Shown: positions 50,928 to 60,632, numbered from the stretch's first letter. The stretch is 64,000 nucleotides of DNA from an uncultured Clostridium sp. (GCA_948441945.1 CAOJQV010000001.1:46977-110976); one strand, 5' to 3'. The notes: a model not told the origin generated them from the letters alone. A program made the numbers and translations.

Positions 50928-51986
50928 TTAAACTCTTAATATTTTCCCACCACCAACAACAATATCATCAATATAAAAAACTGCTGACTGTCCTGGAGTT
51001 ATTGCTCTTTGTGGCTCATCAAATATAACATTAATTTTATCATCATTTTGTATGATTTTTGCTTTTGCTGATTTTGCTGAATATCTGGTTTTAACTTCAA
51101 CTTCTAGCCAATCTTTTATTTCATCTAATAATAATAGATTTATATCTGTAACTATAATCTCCTTTTTATATAATTCACTTTCTTCTCCCACAATTACTTG
51201 ATTTTTCACTGGATTAAAATCTAGAACAAATAATGGAGCTTTATAAGAAACGCCAAGTCCTTTGCGTTGCCCTATTGTATAGTTATATAATCCTGTATGT
51301 TTTCCTAATATTTCTCCTTTTGAATTTACTATATCTCCTTGCTTTGGTTTTATATTAGAATTATTTTCTAAAAATTTTTTATAATTACCATCAGGTATAA
51401 AGCATATATCTTCACTATCTGGCTTGTTTGCTACTTTTAAATTATTTTTTCTTGCTATTTCTCTTATTTGTTCTTTTTCTTCAAAATTAGATAATGGAAA
51501 TAATATATGTTCTATCAAATCTTTTGGTATATTCCATAAAACATAACTTTGGTCTTTTTTACCCGCCTTTGATTTTTTTAAAACCCATCTTCCATATTCT
51601 TCATTATATTCCGTTTTTGCATAATGTCCTGTTGCAATATAATTGCATCCTAATTCTTTTGCTTTTTCCCACATAAAACCAAATTTCATATATTTATTAC
51701 ATTCAATACATGGATTTGGTGTTTTGCAATTTGAATAACAGTCTATAAAATCTTCTATAACATATTTTTTAAATTCATTTTTATAATCATAAGTAAAATG
51801 TGGTATGCCAATTGAGTTACATACTTTTTTGGCATCTAGATATGTATTTACATTACAACAACTACTTCCTACAAATAGTTCTAAAGTAGCTCCAATTGGC
51901 TCATATCCTTGTTGTTTTAATAGTAGTGCTGATACTGAACTGTCAACTCCTCCACTCATTCCAAGTAATACTTTATTATTTTCCAT
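50928..51986 (-). CDS. mnmA: tRNA 2-thiouridine(34) synthase MnmA
   Basis: PP-loop LLGMSGGVDSS and catalytic Cys motifs; the longer ORF N-terminus is repeat-derived. Confidence 0.85.
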   Translation of the reverse strand: MENNKVLLGMSGGVDSSVSALLLKQQGYEPIGATLELFVGSSCCNVNTYLDAKKVCNSIGIPHFTYDYKNEFKKYVIEDFIDCYSNCKTPNPCIECNKYMKFGFMWEKAKELGCNYIATGHYAKTEYNEEYGRWVLKKSKAGKKDQSYVLWNIPKDLIEHILFPLSNFEEKEQIREIARKNNLKVANKPDSEDICFIPDGNYKKFLENNSNIKPKQGDIVNSKGEILGKHTGLYNYTIGQRKGLGVSYKAPLFVLDFNPVKNQVIVGEESELYKKEIIVTDINLLLLDEIKDWLEVEVKTRYSAKSAKAKIIQNDDKINVIFDEPQRAITPGQSAVFYIDDIVVGGGKILRV

Positions 51987-52006
51987 TTCTTTCTTCTTTC
52001 TTAACT

Positions 52007-52080
52007 GTGCCAAAGGGGACGTCCCTTTTTGGCACATTTTTTATTTTTTTGTGCCAAAAAGGGACGTCCCCTTTGGCACA
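52007..52080. repeat. inverted pair of family B composite palindromes, 12-bp AT spacer
   Basis: 52007-52037, and its reverse complement at 52050-52080. Confidence 0.85.
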
Positions 52081-52081
52081 T

Positions 52082-52513
52082 TTATTTTTTGTTTAATATT
52101 CCTTCGATTGTATGCCACGCTAAAAGAGCACATTTTACTCTTGCTGGCATATTTGATACATTTCTAAATGCAATTGCGTCTTCTAATTTTTTTAGTTGTT
52201 CTTCATCAGTAGTTTCTCTTTTTATCATATTAATAAATGTTTTTACAATTTCTTTTGCTTCTTCTATTGTTTTTCCTTTTAATGTGTCTATCATTATAGA
52301 TGTAGAACTTTGTGAGATTGCACATCCATGTCCATTAAATGCCATATCTTCTATTATATTTCCATTTAATTTTATTTCTAATGTTATTTCATCTCCACAA
52401 TTGGGATTATGTCCCATTTCTGAATAGTCAGCTTTTTCTAATTTTTTCTTGTTGTATGAGTTCATACTGTGTTCCATTATAAGTTCGTTGTAAACACTGT
52501 TTAAATCTTCCAT
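52082..52513 (-). CDS. iscU: Fe-S cluster assembly scaffold (NifU/IscU N-terminal domain family)
   Basis: Conserved Cys motifs NPNCGDEI, GHGCAIS. Confidence 0.8.
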   Translation of the reverse strand: MEDLNSVYNELIMEHSMNSYNKKKLEKADYSEMGHNPNCGDEITLEIKLNGNIIEDMAFNGHGCAISQSSTSIMIDTLKGKTIEEAKEIVKTFINMIKRETTDEEQLKKLEDAIAFRNVSNMPARVKCALLAWHTIEGILNKK

Positions 52514-52519
52514 TAAAAT

Positions 52520-53161
52520 CTAACCTTTCTTTATATTTAAGTTTTGCAAACTTTCCATCATAATATCAAATACTTCTTCAATACTCTTATTTGTTGTATC
52601 TATTTCTATTGCATTTTCTGGTTTTACAAAATTACCACCGTTTATATCAATATAATCTATTACTTCTAAATTGTGCCTTATTTCTTCAATATCAATTTTC
52701 TCATTTTTCTTCCATGCTCTTTCTACTCTTGTTTCAAAATCCGAATATAAATAAAATTTAATTTCTGCATTTGGAGCAATTCTTGTTGCTATATCTCTTC
52801 CTTCTATTACAGTATCATATTTTTCTAAAAAATCTAATTGTATTTTTTTAACCAATTGTTTAATTTCTTTAAGTGTTGCCCAATTATTTGCCTTTATTGA
52901 TACTTCTTCTGTTCGAATTTCATCTCTTACATCTTTTCCATTTAATAGTACTTTATCAGAATCAAAATTTATGTCTATTTTTTTTAATTTATTTAAAGTA
53001 TTTTCCATATTACTAATATCCAAATTTTTATTTATTATTTCTAGTGCTATACATCTATATATAGCACCTGTATTAAAATTTTTAAAATTTAATTTCTTTG
53101 AAATCATTTTTGCTAAGGTTGACTTTCCATTAGTACTTAATCCATCAATTGCTATTATCAT
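52520..53161 (-). CDS. cmk: cytidylate kinase-like P-loop kinase
   Basis: IIAIDGLSTNGKSTLAK P-loop plus cytidylate-kinase-like core; unusual position inside an Fe-S cluster operon. Confidence 0.6.
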   Translation of the reverse strand: MIIAIDGLSTNGKSTLAKMISKKLNFKNFNTGAIYRCIALEIINKNLDISNMENTLNKLKKIDINFDSDKVLLNGKDVRDEIRTEEVSIKANNWATLKEIKQLVKKIQLDFLEKYDTVIEGRDIATRIAPNAEIKFYLYSDFETRVERAWKKNEKIDIEEIRHNLEVIDYIDINGGNFVKPENAIEIDTTNKSIEEVFDIMMESLQNLNIKKG

Positions 53162-53169
53162 TTTTTCTC

Positions 53170-54388
53170 CTATATTTTTATATATTTTTTAAACATATCA
53201 TAAGCTTTATTCAAAGCCATAATTAACTTATCAACATCTTCTTTTGTATTATAGAAATAAAAACTTGCCCTACATGTTGAGTCTATTCCAAGAAATCTCA
53301 TAAGAGGTTGTGCACAATGATTTCCAGAACGTACACAAACACCTTCAGAGTCTAAAATGCTTGCAACATCATGTGGATGTACACCATTTATATTAAATGA
53401 AATTACTCCTGAATGATTTTCTTCGTTTGGTGTCAAATACAATGTTATAAAATCTAGCTTTGATAGTTCTTTTTTTGCATATTCTATAACTTTTCTTTCT
53501 AATTCTTGTATTTTATTATATCCTAAATTTTCAATATAATCAATTGCTGCTCCTAAACCTATTACACCTTCAACATTTTGTGTACCTGCCTCAAATTTAT
53601 TTGGAAGTGATGCATAAGTTGTTTCTTGTTCATATACATATTCAATCATATCTCCACCCATTAAAAATGGATTCATTTTATTTAATAATTCTCTTTTTCC
53701 ATATAGGACACCTATTCCTAATGGTGCTAACATTTTATGTCCTGAAAATACAAGGAAATCTGCATCTAGTTCTTGTACATCTATTTTTATATGAGGAATG
53801 CTTTGAGAGGCATCTACAATTACAATTGCTCCTTTTTTATGTGCATATTTTATGATTTTTTTAATATTATTTATTGTTCCGAGTTACATTCGAAACATGT
53901 GCAATACCAACTATTTTTGTCTTATCTGTTATTTTACTTTCTATTTCTTGATCAGATAATTCAAATTCTTTATTTATATACATATAATTTAATTTTGCAT
54001 CTGTCACTTTGGCTACCTTTTGCCATGGTACTAAATTTGAATGATGCTCCATTATTGATATAACTATTTCATCATCTTTTTTTACATTATCAATCCCATA
54101 AGAATATGCAATTAGATTTAAGCTTTCTGTTGCATTTTTTGAGAATATTATTTCTTCTCTATGTTTTGCATTTATGAATTCTGCGATTTTACTTCTTGTA
54201 TTTTCATAAACCTCCGTTGCTTCCATACTTAGAGTATAAGCTCCTCTATGTGGATTTGCATTATATTTTTTATAGAAGTTTTCTACTGATTTTATTACTT
54301 GTATTGGTTTTTGTGTTGTTGCTCCACTATCTAAGTATGTTATTTGGTTATTTGCTAAAAGTGGAAAGTCTTTTTTTATTTCTTTCAT
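53170..54388 (-). pseudogene. sufS: cysteine desulfurase (SufS/NifS class), interrupted by a 1-nt insertion near 53877-53884
   Basis: N-terminal ORF ends ...GIAHVSNVTRNNK*. The adjacent frame continues LGTINNIKKIIKYAHKKGAIVIVDASQSIPHIKIDVQELDADFLVFSGHKMLAPLGIG..., including the PLP-Lys region SGHKM and active-site Cys RSGNHCAQP. Removing one A from gtaActc restores HVSNVLGTINN. Confidence 0.7.
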
Positions 54389-54509
54389 TTATATATTTTC
54401 CTTTCTTCTTTACTTTATGTTGATTATATGGTATAATATTTTAAACTTAAATTTTAAAGTATAGCTTTTTTAATACTTTATCACATCACAACATAAGGAG
54501 GATTTTATC

Positions 54510-54746
54510 ATGATGATGCCAGACAGACTTTACTATTCAATACGTTCAACAGTAAGAGAATTCACTGACTTTGTTCCTAACATTTATTGCCGGGAAAACT
54601 CTTCAATTATTAGAGTTGCTTTTGTAGGGGATATTCCAGATAAAAAAACTCTAAAAAACATTAAGAGTAGTCTAAGAGAATTCGGCCTCCCTTTATGTCG
54701 TAAGCATAAGGGCTATACAGAATTTTCAATCTTCTTTGCCTCCTAA
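54510..54746 (+). CDS. small hypothetical protein (78 aa), GC-richer
   Basis: AAGGAGG RBS 8 nt upstream; terminator hairpin ttgcctcc-taat-ggaggcaa. Confidence 0.4.
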   Translation: MMMPDRLYYSIRSTVREFTDFVPNIYCRENSSIIRVAFVGDIPDKKTLKNIKSSLREFGLPLCRKHKGYTEFSIFFAS

Positions 54747-54761
54747 TGGAGGCAAAACCTT

Positions 54762-55361
54762 TTATTTTAGTATTTCCTTTTCTATTTTTTCATAAATTTC
54801 ATCCCAGTCTTTAACTCTTTCAATACTTCCAGCATCTATATTTTCATTCATTTTAGTAGTCATTAAAAATGTTTTTATACCGTTTTCTTCTAATTGTTCA
54901 CAAGTTTCATAACTATCCTCTATAAATATTTGTATACCATTGTCTATGCAAAATTGCAGTTTCTCTTTGGCATTAACTATTAATTTATCATATGGAATAT
55001 TATTGTCTTGTAATGTCTTTATTGTGATGCTTTCTGTATCACAGTTTTTTATATTTAAAAGTCTTGCAGTTATAAATAATATTTCATTACCTTCTTCTTT
55101 TAATTTTCTAATTACTTCAGGTGCATTTAACATTACTTCACATTCTTCTAATACATTTTTATAATAAGTATCAAAAAAATCAAATTTTGTTTTTTCATCC
55201 CAACCATATAATACTTTTATATAATATCTATTTTGTATTAAGCCTAAATTTCCATTTGTTCCTTTTCCTCCTAATATTTGTGTATCATATAAATCTGCAT
55301 ATTTAATCATTGATTTTACAGTTATTACAGTTGTATCATCTATATCTATTCCTATTTTCAT
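54762..55361 (-). CDS. 5'(3')-deoxyribonucleotidase (HAD superfamily)
   Basis: N-terminal DxDxT motif (IGIDIDDTT) and HAD core. Confidence 0.65.
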   Translation of the reverse strand: MKIGIDIDDTTVITVKSMIKYADLYDTQILGGKGTNGNLGLIQNRYYIKVLYGWDEKTKFDFFDTYYKNVLEECEVMLNAPEVIRKLKEEGNEILFITARLLNIKNCDTESITIKTLQDNNIPYDKLIVNAKEKLQFCIDNGIQIFIEDSYETCEQLEENGIKTFLMTTKMNENIDAGSIERVKDWDEIYEKIEKEILK

Positions 55362-55403
55362 AACTACTCCTTTTTATTATTTCGACATTTTTCTACAATC
55401 TAG

Positions 55404-55435
55404 TGAGACAAATGAAGACTGTCCCACTTGTCTCA
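55404..55435. repeat. composite palindromic repeat, family C
   Basis: tgagacaaatgaagactgtcccacttgtctca, preceded by the ttcgacattttt motif shared with 43931. Confidence 0.8.
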
Positions 55436-56494
55436 ATCTAATCTACTATCAATCTCATTTAAAATTTCTTCTCTTAAATCCTCATTTTTAATATTCTCTA
55501 AAATCTTATTAAATCTAGCTCTAACCATTAATTTCATAGCTTCTTTAAGTTCAAAACCTCTACTCATAATATAAAACAACTCTTTTTCATTAATTTTACC
55601 TGCTGAACTACTATGATTTCCTTCAACATCTTCCTCTGAACATAAGAGCATTGGTAAAGCAAGTGACTTAGCAGTTTCTGATAATAACATACAAGCTTCA
55701 TTTTCATTTCCCTTAGCTTTTTTACAACCTTTTTTAAAATCAATTGTTCCTTTAAAATGTTTCTTCGCTTTATCTTTTAAAGCTCCTTGAACTTCTATAT
55801 CTATATTTGTTTTTTCGCCTCTAAGTTCTGCAATATAATTTAAGTCAAATAATTGGTCTTCTTTTCCTAAATAAATTGTATTAATAGTATTATTTGTTTT
55901 TTCGCCTATTAAGTTTGAGTAATAATTTGTAATACTATTTTTTCCTCCAAAATCTATAACAGTATATTTTACATTTGAATCATTCTCAAGTTCATTTTGA
56001 ATAGCAAGAAAATTATTTGATTGCGAATTCATCAAGTTAACAATTATTATACTTATATTTGAACTTTTTTTTGCTGATACTCTTATAATCCCATTATGAT
56101 AAGCTTGTACGTTTTCATTACTCAAATATTTTATTATAATTGTCGATTTAGTATTTTCGTTTGCAATTATCTCAATGTTTTCTACTAAATTTGCATTTTC
56201 ATTATCAAATTTCAATTCTATTTGAGTTTCTTCGTTTTCTTTACTGTCTATTGATAATTTTAATTTTTGATTTGATTGATTTTTTACTTGTTCTGTTAAA
56301 ATTTCTCCTAAACCATAAGCTAAATTTATATTACTATTATTATTATTGTCAATTTTAACATTTTCTCCTGTTATAGTAAGATTACTAAATTCATTTATTT
56401 CATTTGGCATATCAATATTTTCTAATTTAATATTATTTATATTAAAGTTTCTTGACGTTCTAACAGGTGTTTCATTTAATTTCAAATTATTCAT
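55433..56494 (-). CDS. sufD: Fe-S cluster assembly protein SufD
   Basis: SufBD beta-helix fold; C-terminus ...MSRGFELKEAMKLMVRARF. Confidence 0.8.
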   Translation of the reverse strand: MNNLKLNETPVRTSRNFNINNIKLENIDMPNEINEFSNLTITGENVKIDNNNNSNINLAYGLGEILTEQVKNQSNQKLKLSIDSKENEETQIELKFDNENANLVENIEIIANENTKSTIIIKYLSNENVQAYHNGIIRVSAKKSSNISIIIVNLMNSQSNNFLAIQNELENDSNVKYTVIDFGGKNSITNYYSNLIGEKTNNTINTIYLGKEDQLFDLNYIAELRGEKTNIDIEVQGALKDKAKKHFKGTIDFKKGCKKAKGNENEACMLLSETAKSLALPMLLCSEEDVEGNHSSSAGKINEKELFYIMSRGFELKEAMKLMVRARFNKILENIKNEDLREEILNEIDSRLD

Positions 56495-56506
56495 TATAGT
56501 CCCTTT

Positions 56507-56535
56507 CTTGCCATTTTATGTATAATATGATATAA
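56507..56535 (+). promoter_or_regulatory. sigma-A promoter TTGCCA-17-TATAAT on the plus strand
   Basis: Sequence ttgccattttatgtataatatgatataat, ~35 bp upstream of the small peptide ORF. Confidence 0.5.
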
Positions 56536-56569
56536 TAATTATACAATATGTTTAACGGAGGTAATTTCT

Positions 56570-56644
56570 ATGAAGAAGACGATTAAATTTTTCTTTTGGG
56601 TCATTGTAGCTGTAGTCGTATTATTTTTAATCTGTCCATGGTAA
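56570..56644 (+). CDS. 24-aa hydrophobic peptide (MKKTIKFFFWVIVAVVVLFLICPW), antisense to the suf operon intercistronic region
   Basis: GGAGGT RBS 8 nt upstream; own promoter; plus-strand terminator cctagcata-gaattt-atgctagg + T7 at 56660-56697. Confidence 0.4.
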   Translation: MKKTIKFFFWVIVAVVVLFLICPW

Positions 56645-56708
56645 TTTTAGCCTCATCTTATCGCCTAGCATAGAATTTATGCTAGGCATCTTTTTTTCAG
56701 TTAAAAAG

Positions 56709-58097
56709 TTATTGTAATTCTAAATTAATCAAATTATTCATCTCAACAGCATATTCTACTGGTAATTCTTTAGCAATAGGATTTGCAAAACCTCTAACTA
56801 TCATAGCCTTAGCATCTTCTTCTGATAGTCCTCTACTCATTAAGTAAAATATTTCCTTATCGCTGATTTTTCCTATTTTAGCTTCATGCGAGAATTCAAC
56901 TTCATCTGTTCTAATATCATTTGTTGGTATTGTGTCTGAAATTGAAATATCATCTAACATAAGTGAATCACAAGATACAGATGATTTTGAATTTCTTGCA
57001 TTTTCATTTATTCTTACTAATGACCTATAAGTACATTTTCCACCATTCTTTGATATTGATTTTGCATTAACAACACTTGATGTATTTTTTGCATTATGTA
57101 CAACTTTAAATCCATTATCTAAATTTTGACCTTGTCCTGCAAATGAAATTCCAGTATATTCTGTTTTTGCCCCTTCTCCATTTAATATACTCATTGGATA
57201 TAGCATTGAAATTTTAGAGCCAAATGAACCTGATACCCATTCCATTTTTGCATTTTTTCCTACGATTGCTTTTTTAGTGTTTAGATTTAACATATTCTTT
57301 GACCAGTTTTCTATTGTTGAATATCTTAAATAGCTATTTTCTTTTACATATAATTCAACACATCCAGCGTGAAGATTTACTTTATTATATTTTGGCGCTG
57401 AACATCCTTCTATAAAGTGCAAACTTGCTCCTTCGTCTACAATAATTAATGTATGTTCAAATTGCCCTGATTCTGGAGAGTTTAATCTAAAATATGATTG
57501 TAAAGGTATATCTACTTTAACTCCTTTTGGTACATATACAAATGAGCCTCCTGACCAAACTGCTCCATGTAATGCTACAAATTTATGGTCATTTACTGGA
57601 ACACATTTCATAAAGTGTTCTTTTACCGTCTCTGGATATTTTCTTACTGCTGTTTCCATATCTGTATAAATTACGCCTTGTTTTATCAAATCTTCTTTCA
57701 TACTATGATAAACAACTTCTGAATCATATTGTGCCCCAACTCCTGCTAGTGATTTTTTTTCTGCTTCTGGTATCCCTAATTTGTCAAATGTGTTTTTTAT
57801 ATCTTCTGGTACATCTTCCCATGAATTTGAAATTCCTGTTTTAGGTCTTACATAAGTTGCTACATCATTCATATTCAATTCTGATAAGTCTGGTCCCCAT
57901 GTTGGAAGTTCTAATTTGTTATACACTTCTAATGCTTTTAGTCTGAATTCTCTCATCCAGTCTGGGTCATTTTTTTGTTTTGATATTTCTTCAATTATTT
58001 CTGGCGTTAACCCTTTTTTTATTTTAAAGCCATATTCATCTTTATTTTTTATGTCATATATGTTTCTATTTATTTCATCTATATTTGTTTTGCTCAT
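56709..58097 (-). CDS. sufB: Fe-S cluster assembly protein SufB
   Basis: 462-aa SufB family member (…HFIEGCSAP…GKISDKEIFYLMSRG…). Confidence 0.9.
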   Translation of the reverse strand: MSKTNIDEINRNIYDIKNKDEYGFKIKKGLTPEIIEEISKQKNDPDWMREFRLKALEVYNKLELPTWGPDLSELNMNDVATYVRPKTGISNSWEDVPEDIKNTFDKLGIPEAEKKSLAGVGAQYDSEVVYHSMKEDLIKQGVIYTDMETAVRKYPETVKEHFMKCVPVNDHKFVALHGAVWSGGSFVYVPKGVKVDIPLQSYFRLNSPESGQFEHTLIIVDEGASLHFIEGCSAPKYNKVNLHAGCVELYVKENSYLRYSTIENWSKNMLNLNTKKAIVGKNAKMEWVSGSFGSKISMLYPMSILNGEGAKTEYTGISFAGQGQNLDNGFKVVHNAKNTSSVVNAKSISKNGGKCTYRSLVRINENARNSKSSVSCDSLMLDDISISDTIPTNDIRTDEVEFSHEAKIGKISDKEIFYLMSRGLSEEDAKAMIVRGFANPIAKELPVEYAVEMNNLINLELQ

Positions 58098-58129
58098 TTA
58101 TTTATTTTTTCCTTTCAAGAAATTGTTTT

Positions 58130-58864
58130 CTATTTATATATACTATATCCATTTTCTTCAATTTCTTTAGCAAGTTCTTGTGTTCCAGTTTTAACAATTT
58201 TTCCATCAACTAAAACATGTACATAATCAACATTTAAGTTTTGTAAAATTTTAGTATTATGAGTGATAATAAGAACTGCATTATTATCATTTTTAAACAT
58301 TTTTATACCTTTGGAAACTGTTTTTATACTATCTACATCAAGTCCTGAATCTGTTTCATCTAATATTGCAAGTTTGGGATTTAGTATAAGCATTTGTAAA
58401 ATCTCATTCTTCTTTTTTTCTCCACCTGAAAATCCAACATTTAAGTCTCTATCAATTAACTTTGGATTCATATTTAATTCTTCAACATACTTTTTTACTT
58501 GGTCTTTAAATTCAAAAAATTTAACAGGTTTATCATCTATTTTGTTTTTAGCATATCTAAGGAAATTCATTGTTGATATTCCAGGGATTTCTTCTGGTGA
58601 TTGAAATGACATAAAAATTCCTTTTCTTGCTATTTTATCTGTACTTAAATTATTTATATTTTCTCCTTCAAATTGTACTATTCCATTTGTTTTAGTATAT
58701 TCTGGGCTATTAAAAATAACATTTGCTGTTGTTGATTTTCCTGCTCCATTTGGTCCCATTATTACATGTATTTCTCCAGGATTTATAGTTAAATTTAATC
58801 CTTTTAAAATTTCTTTTTCTCCTGCTTTTACATATAAATCTTTTATTTCTAATAATTTATTCAT
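58130..58864 (-). CDS. sufC: Fe-S cluster assembly ATPase SufC
   Basis: Walker A GPNGAGKST, ABC signature FSGGEKKK, Walker B LAILDE. Confidence 0.9.
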   Translation of the reverse strand: MNKLLEIKDLYVKAGEKEILKGLNLTINPGEIHVIMGPNGAGKSTTANVIFNSPEYTKTNGIVQFEGENINNLSTDKIARKGIFMSFQSPEEIPGISTMNFLRYAKNKIDDKPVKFFEFKDQVKKYVEELNMNPKLIDRDLNVGFSGGEKKKNEILQMLILNPKLAILDETDSGLDVDSIKTVSKGIKMFKNDNNAVLIITHNTKILQNLNVDYVHVLVDGKIVKTGTQELAKEIEENGYSIYK

Positions 58865-58937
58865 GTTTATTTTCTCCTTATAATCATACTAAATTAGTAG
58901 GAATTATAGCATATATTTCCTACTAAGTCAATAGGAT

Positions 58938-59336
58938 TTATTTTCCTACTAAATCCGCTAACGTCTTACTATCTATATACTCGTTAATTACTTCATCTAA
59001 CCCTTGCCAAAATCCAAAAGTAGTGCAATTTTCCTTTTTTGTACATTCTTCCCCATTAATACAAGCAATAGGTGCTAAGTCACCCTCTGTTGCCCTTAAA
59101 ATGTCTCCTACTGTATATTCTTCTGGTTTTTTTGCTAATTTATATCCACCATTATTTCCTCTTGCAGTTTCTAAATATCCAGCCTTATTTAACATAGCAA
59201 CAATTTGCTCTAGGTATTTCATAGAACTATCTTGTCTTATTGCTATATCTTTTAATGATATAAAATCTCCATTATTATGTGTTGCTAAATCTATCATTAC
59301 TCTTAATGCATATCTTCCTTTTGATGATATTTTCAT
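58938..59336 (-). CDS. Rrf2-family transcriptional regulator (IscR/CymR-like)
   Basis: MKISSKGRYALRVMIDLA wHTH plus three Cys (CINGEECTKKENC). Confidence 0.85.
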   Translation of the reverse strand: MKISSKGRYALRVMIDLATHNNGDFISLKDIAIRQDSSMKYLEQIVAMLNKAGYLETARGNNGGYKLAKKPEEYTVGDILRATEGDLAPIACINGEECTKKENCTTFGFWQGLDEVINEYIDSKTLADLVGK

Positions 59337-59396
59337 TTTTATTCCTCCTATTATTTATAAAACAAAAAAGGATTTCTGTTTTGAAACCCTTTTAGA

Positions 59397-59966
59397 TTAT
59401 GTATTTGTTGCATCATTAGTTCCATCAAATGGAATAAATTTATTTACTATACTTTGTTGTTCTTCACCTTCAGCTCTAAAAGTCATAAATGATGTATTTA
59501 TTTTATTATCAATTTGTTCTTCTATTTCATCTTGGTTAGCATGCTCTGCTAAAACTAATTCACTAACTAGAATTTGTTTTGCATTATTAAGCATTTTCTT
59601 TTCGCCTGTAGATAATCCTTTTTCTTTTTGTTTGAAGCTTAAATTTCTAACTACATCTGCAACTTCATATATGTCTCCACTTTTCATTTTATCCATGTTA
59701 TCTCTATATCTTTTATTCCAGTTTTTCTCCATTTCTGTTTCATCTTCGCTAAGTATCTTAAATACTTTTTCTGTTGATTGCTTATCTATAATATTTCTTA
59801 CACCTACCTCTTCTGCCTTTGCTATTGGTATCATTACTTTTACATTACTTGGCATTTTTAAGATGTAATATGCTTGCTTTTCACCTAGTATATCTTTTTC
59901 TTCTATTGAATCTATTGTTCCCGCCCCATGCATTGGGTATACAATCTTGTCTCCTACATTAAACAT
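59397..59966 (-). CDS. CarD-family transcriptional regulator (CdnL)
   Basis: N-terminal CarD_TRCF domain FNVGDKIVYPMHGAGTI...; start at the ATG with an AAAGGAG RBS. Confidence 0.8.
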   Translation of the reverse strand: MFNVGDKIVYPMHGAGTIDSIEEKDILGEKQAYYILKMPSNVKVMIPIAKAEEVGVRNIIDKQSTEKVFKILSEDETEMEKNWNKRYRDNMDKMKSGDIYEVADVVRNLSFKQKEKGLSTGEKKMLNNAKQILVSELVLAEHANQDEIEEQIDNKINTSFMTFRAEGEEQQSIVNKFIPFDGTNDATNT

Positions 59967-60170
59967 GTAAGTCACTCCTTTCTGATTTTCAGCAAAAAAA
60001 TATTATAAAGTTAAGTCAATAGAACATAACTTTATTGGATTTTTTAACCATATTTATTATACAACAAAAAAAAGAAAAAGTCAAAGCTTTTATTTTGACT
60101 TTTTATGTTATTTAGGCTGAAAAGCCCTATATTTCAGCAAAAATTTTTTTACCATTTTTTTCTTTATTTT

Positions 60171-60632
60171 TTATTTGTTAGTAGAACCAAATCCACCTGT
60201 TCTTTCTCCTGTTGCTATATCATCATCTGATATATAGTATTTTTGAAAAATTGCTTGTCCTATTGCTTCTCCTTTTTTTATTGTGATATCTTCATCTTTT
60301 ATATTATAAAATGCAAACATGATATGTCCATCATTGTCTGGATTTCCATAATAGTCTTTGTCTACAACTCCTACACTATTGGCTAATATTAATCCTTTCT
60401 TTTTTGGGTTAGAACTTCTATTATATAACATTAATACTTCGTCATCTTGCATATATGCCTTTATTCCTGTTTTAATTAATGTTGGCGCATTTCCTTTTTT
60501 GAAACTTGGTATTACTACATCTTCTGCTGCTTCTACATCATATCCTGCTGAATATTTAGTTTTTCTTATTGGTAGATTGATTCCTTTGTCTTCAAATCCT
60601 TTTGCTATTTCAAATCCTCTTACTTTTTCCAT
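60171..60632 (-). CDS. dut: dUTP diphosphatase
   Basis: Trimeric dUTPase motifs (SAGYDV, GLILANSVGVVDKDY, GERTGGFGSTN). Confidence 0.8.
   Translation of the reverse strand: MEKVRGFEIAKGFEDKGINLPIRKTKYSAGYDVEAAEDVVIPSFKKGNAPTLIKTGIKAYMQDDEVLMLYNRSSNPKKKGLILANSVGVVDKDYYGNPDNDGHIMFAFYNIKDEDITIKKGEAIGQAIFQKYYISDDDIATGERTGGFGSTNK

Noticed and set aside
31918-52037. Shared N-terminal peptide MCQKGTSPLAQ on hydA and mnmA ORFs (and KGKRPFWDKGG on spoIIIAE, IVSRGGFK on ack2)
   Set aside because: These are translations of the family B/A/C palindromic repeats upstream of the genuine RBS-preceded starts. They are not a conserved protein motif.
33668-55435. Palindromic repeats as a CRISPR array
   Set aside because: Copies are irregularly spaced tens of kb apart, internally palindromic, differ between sub-families, and have no adjacent cas genes.
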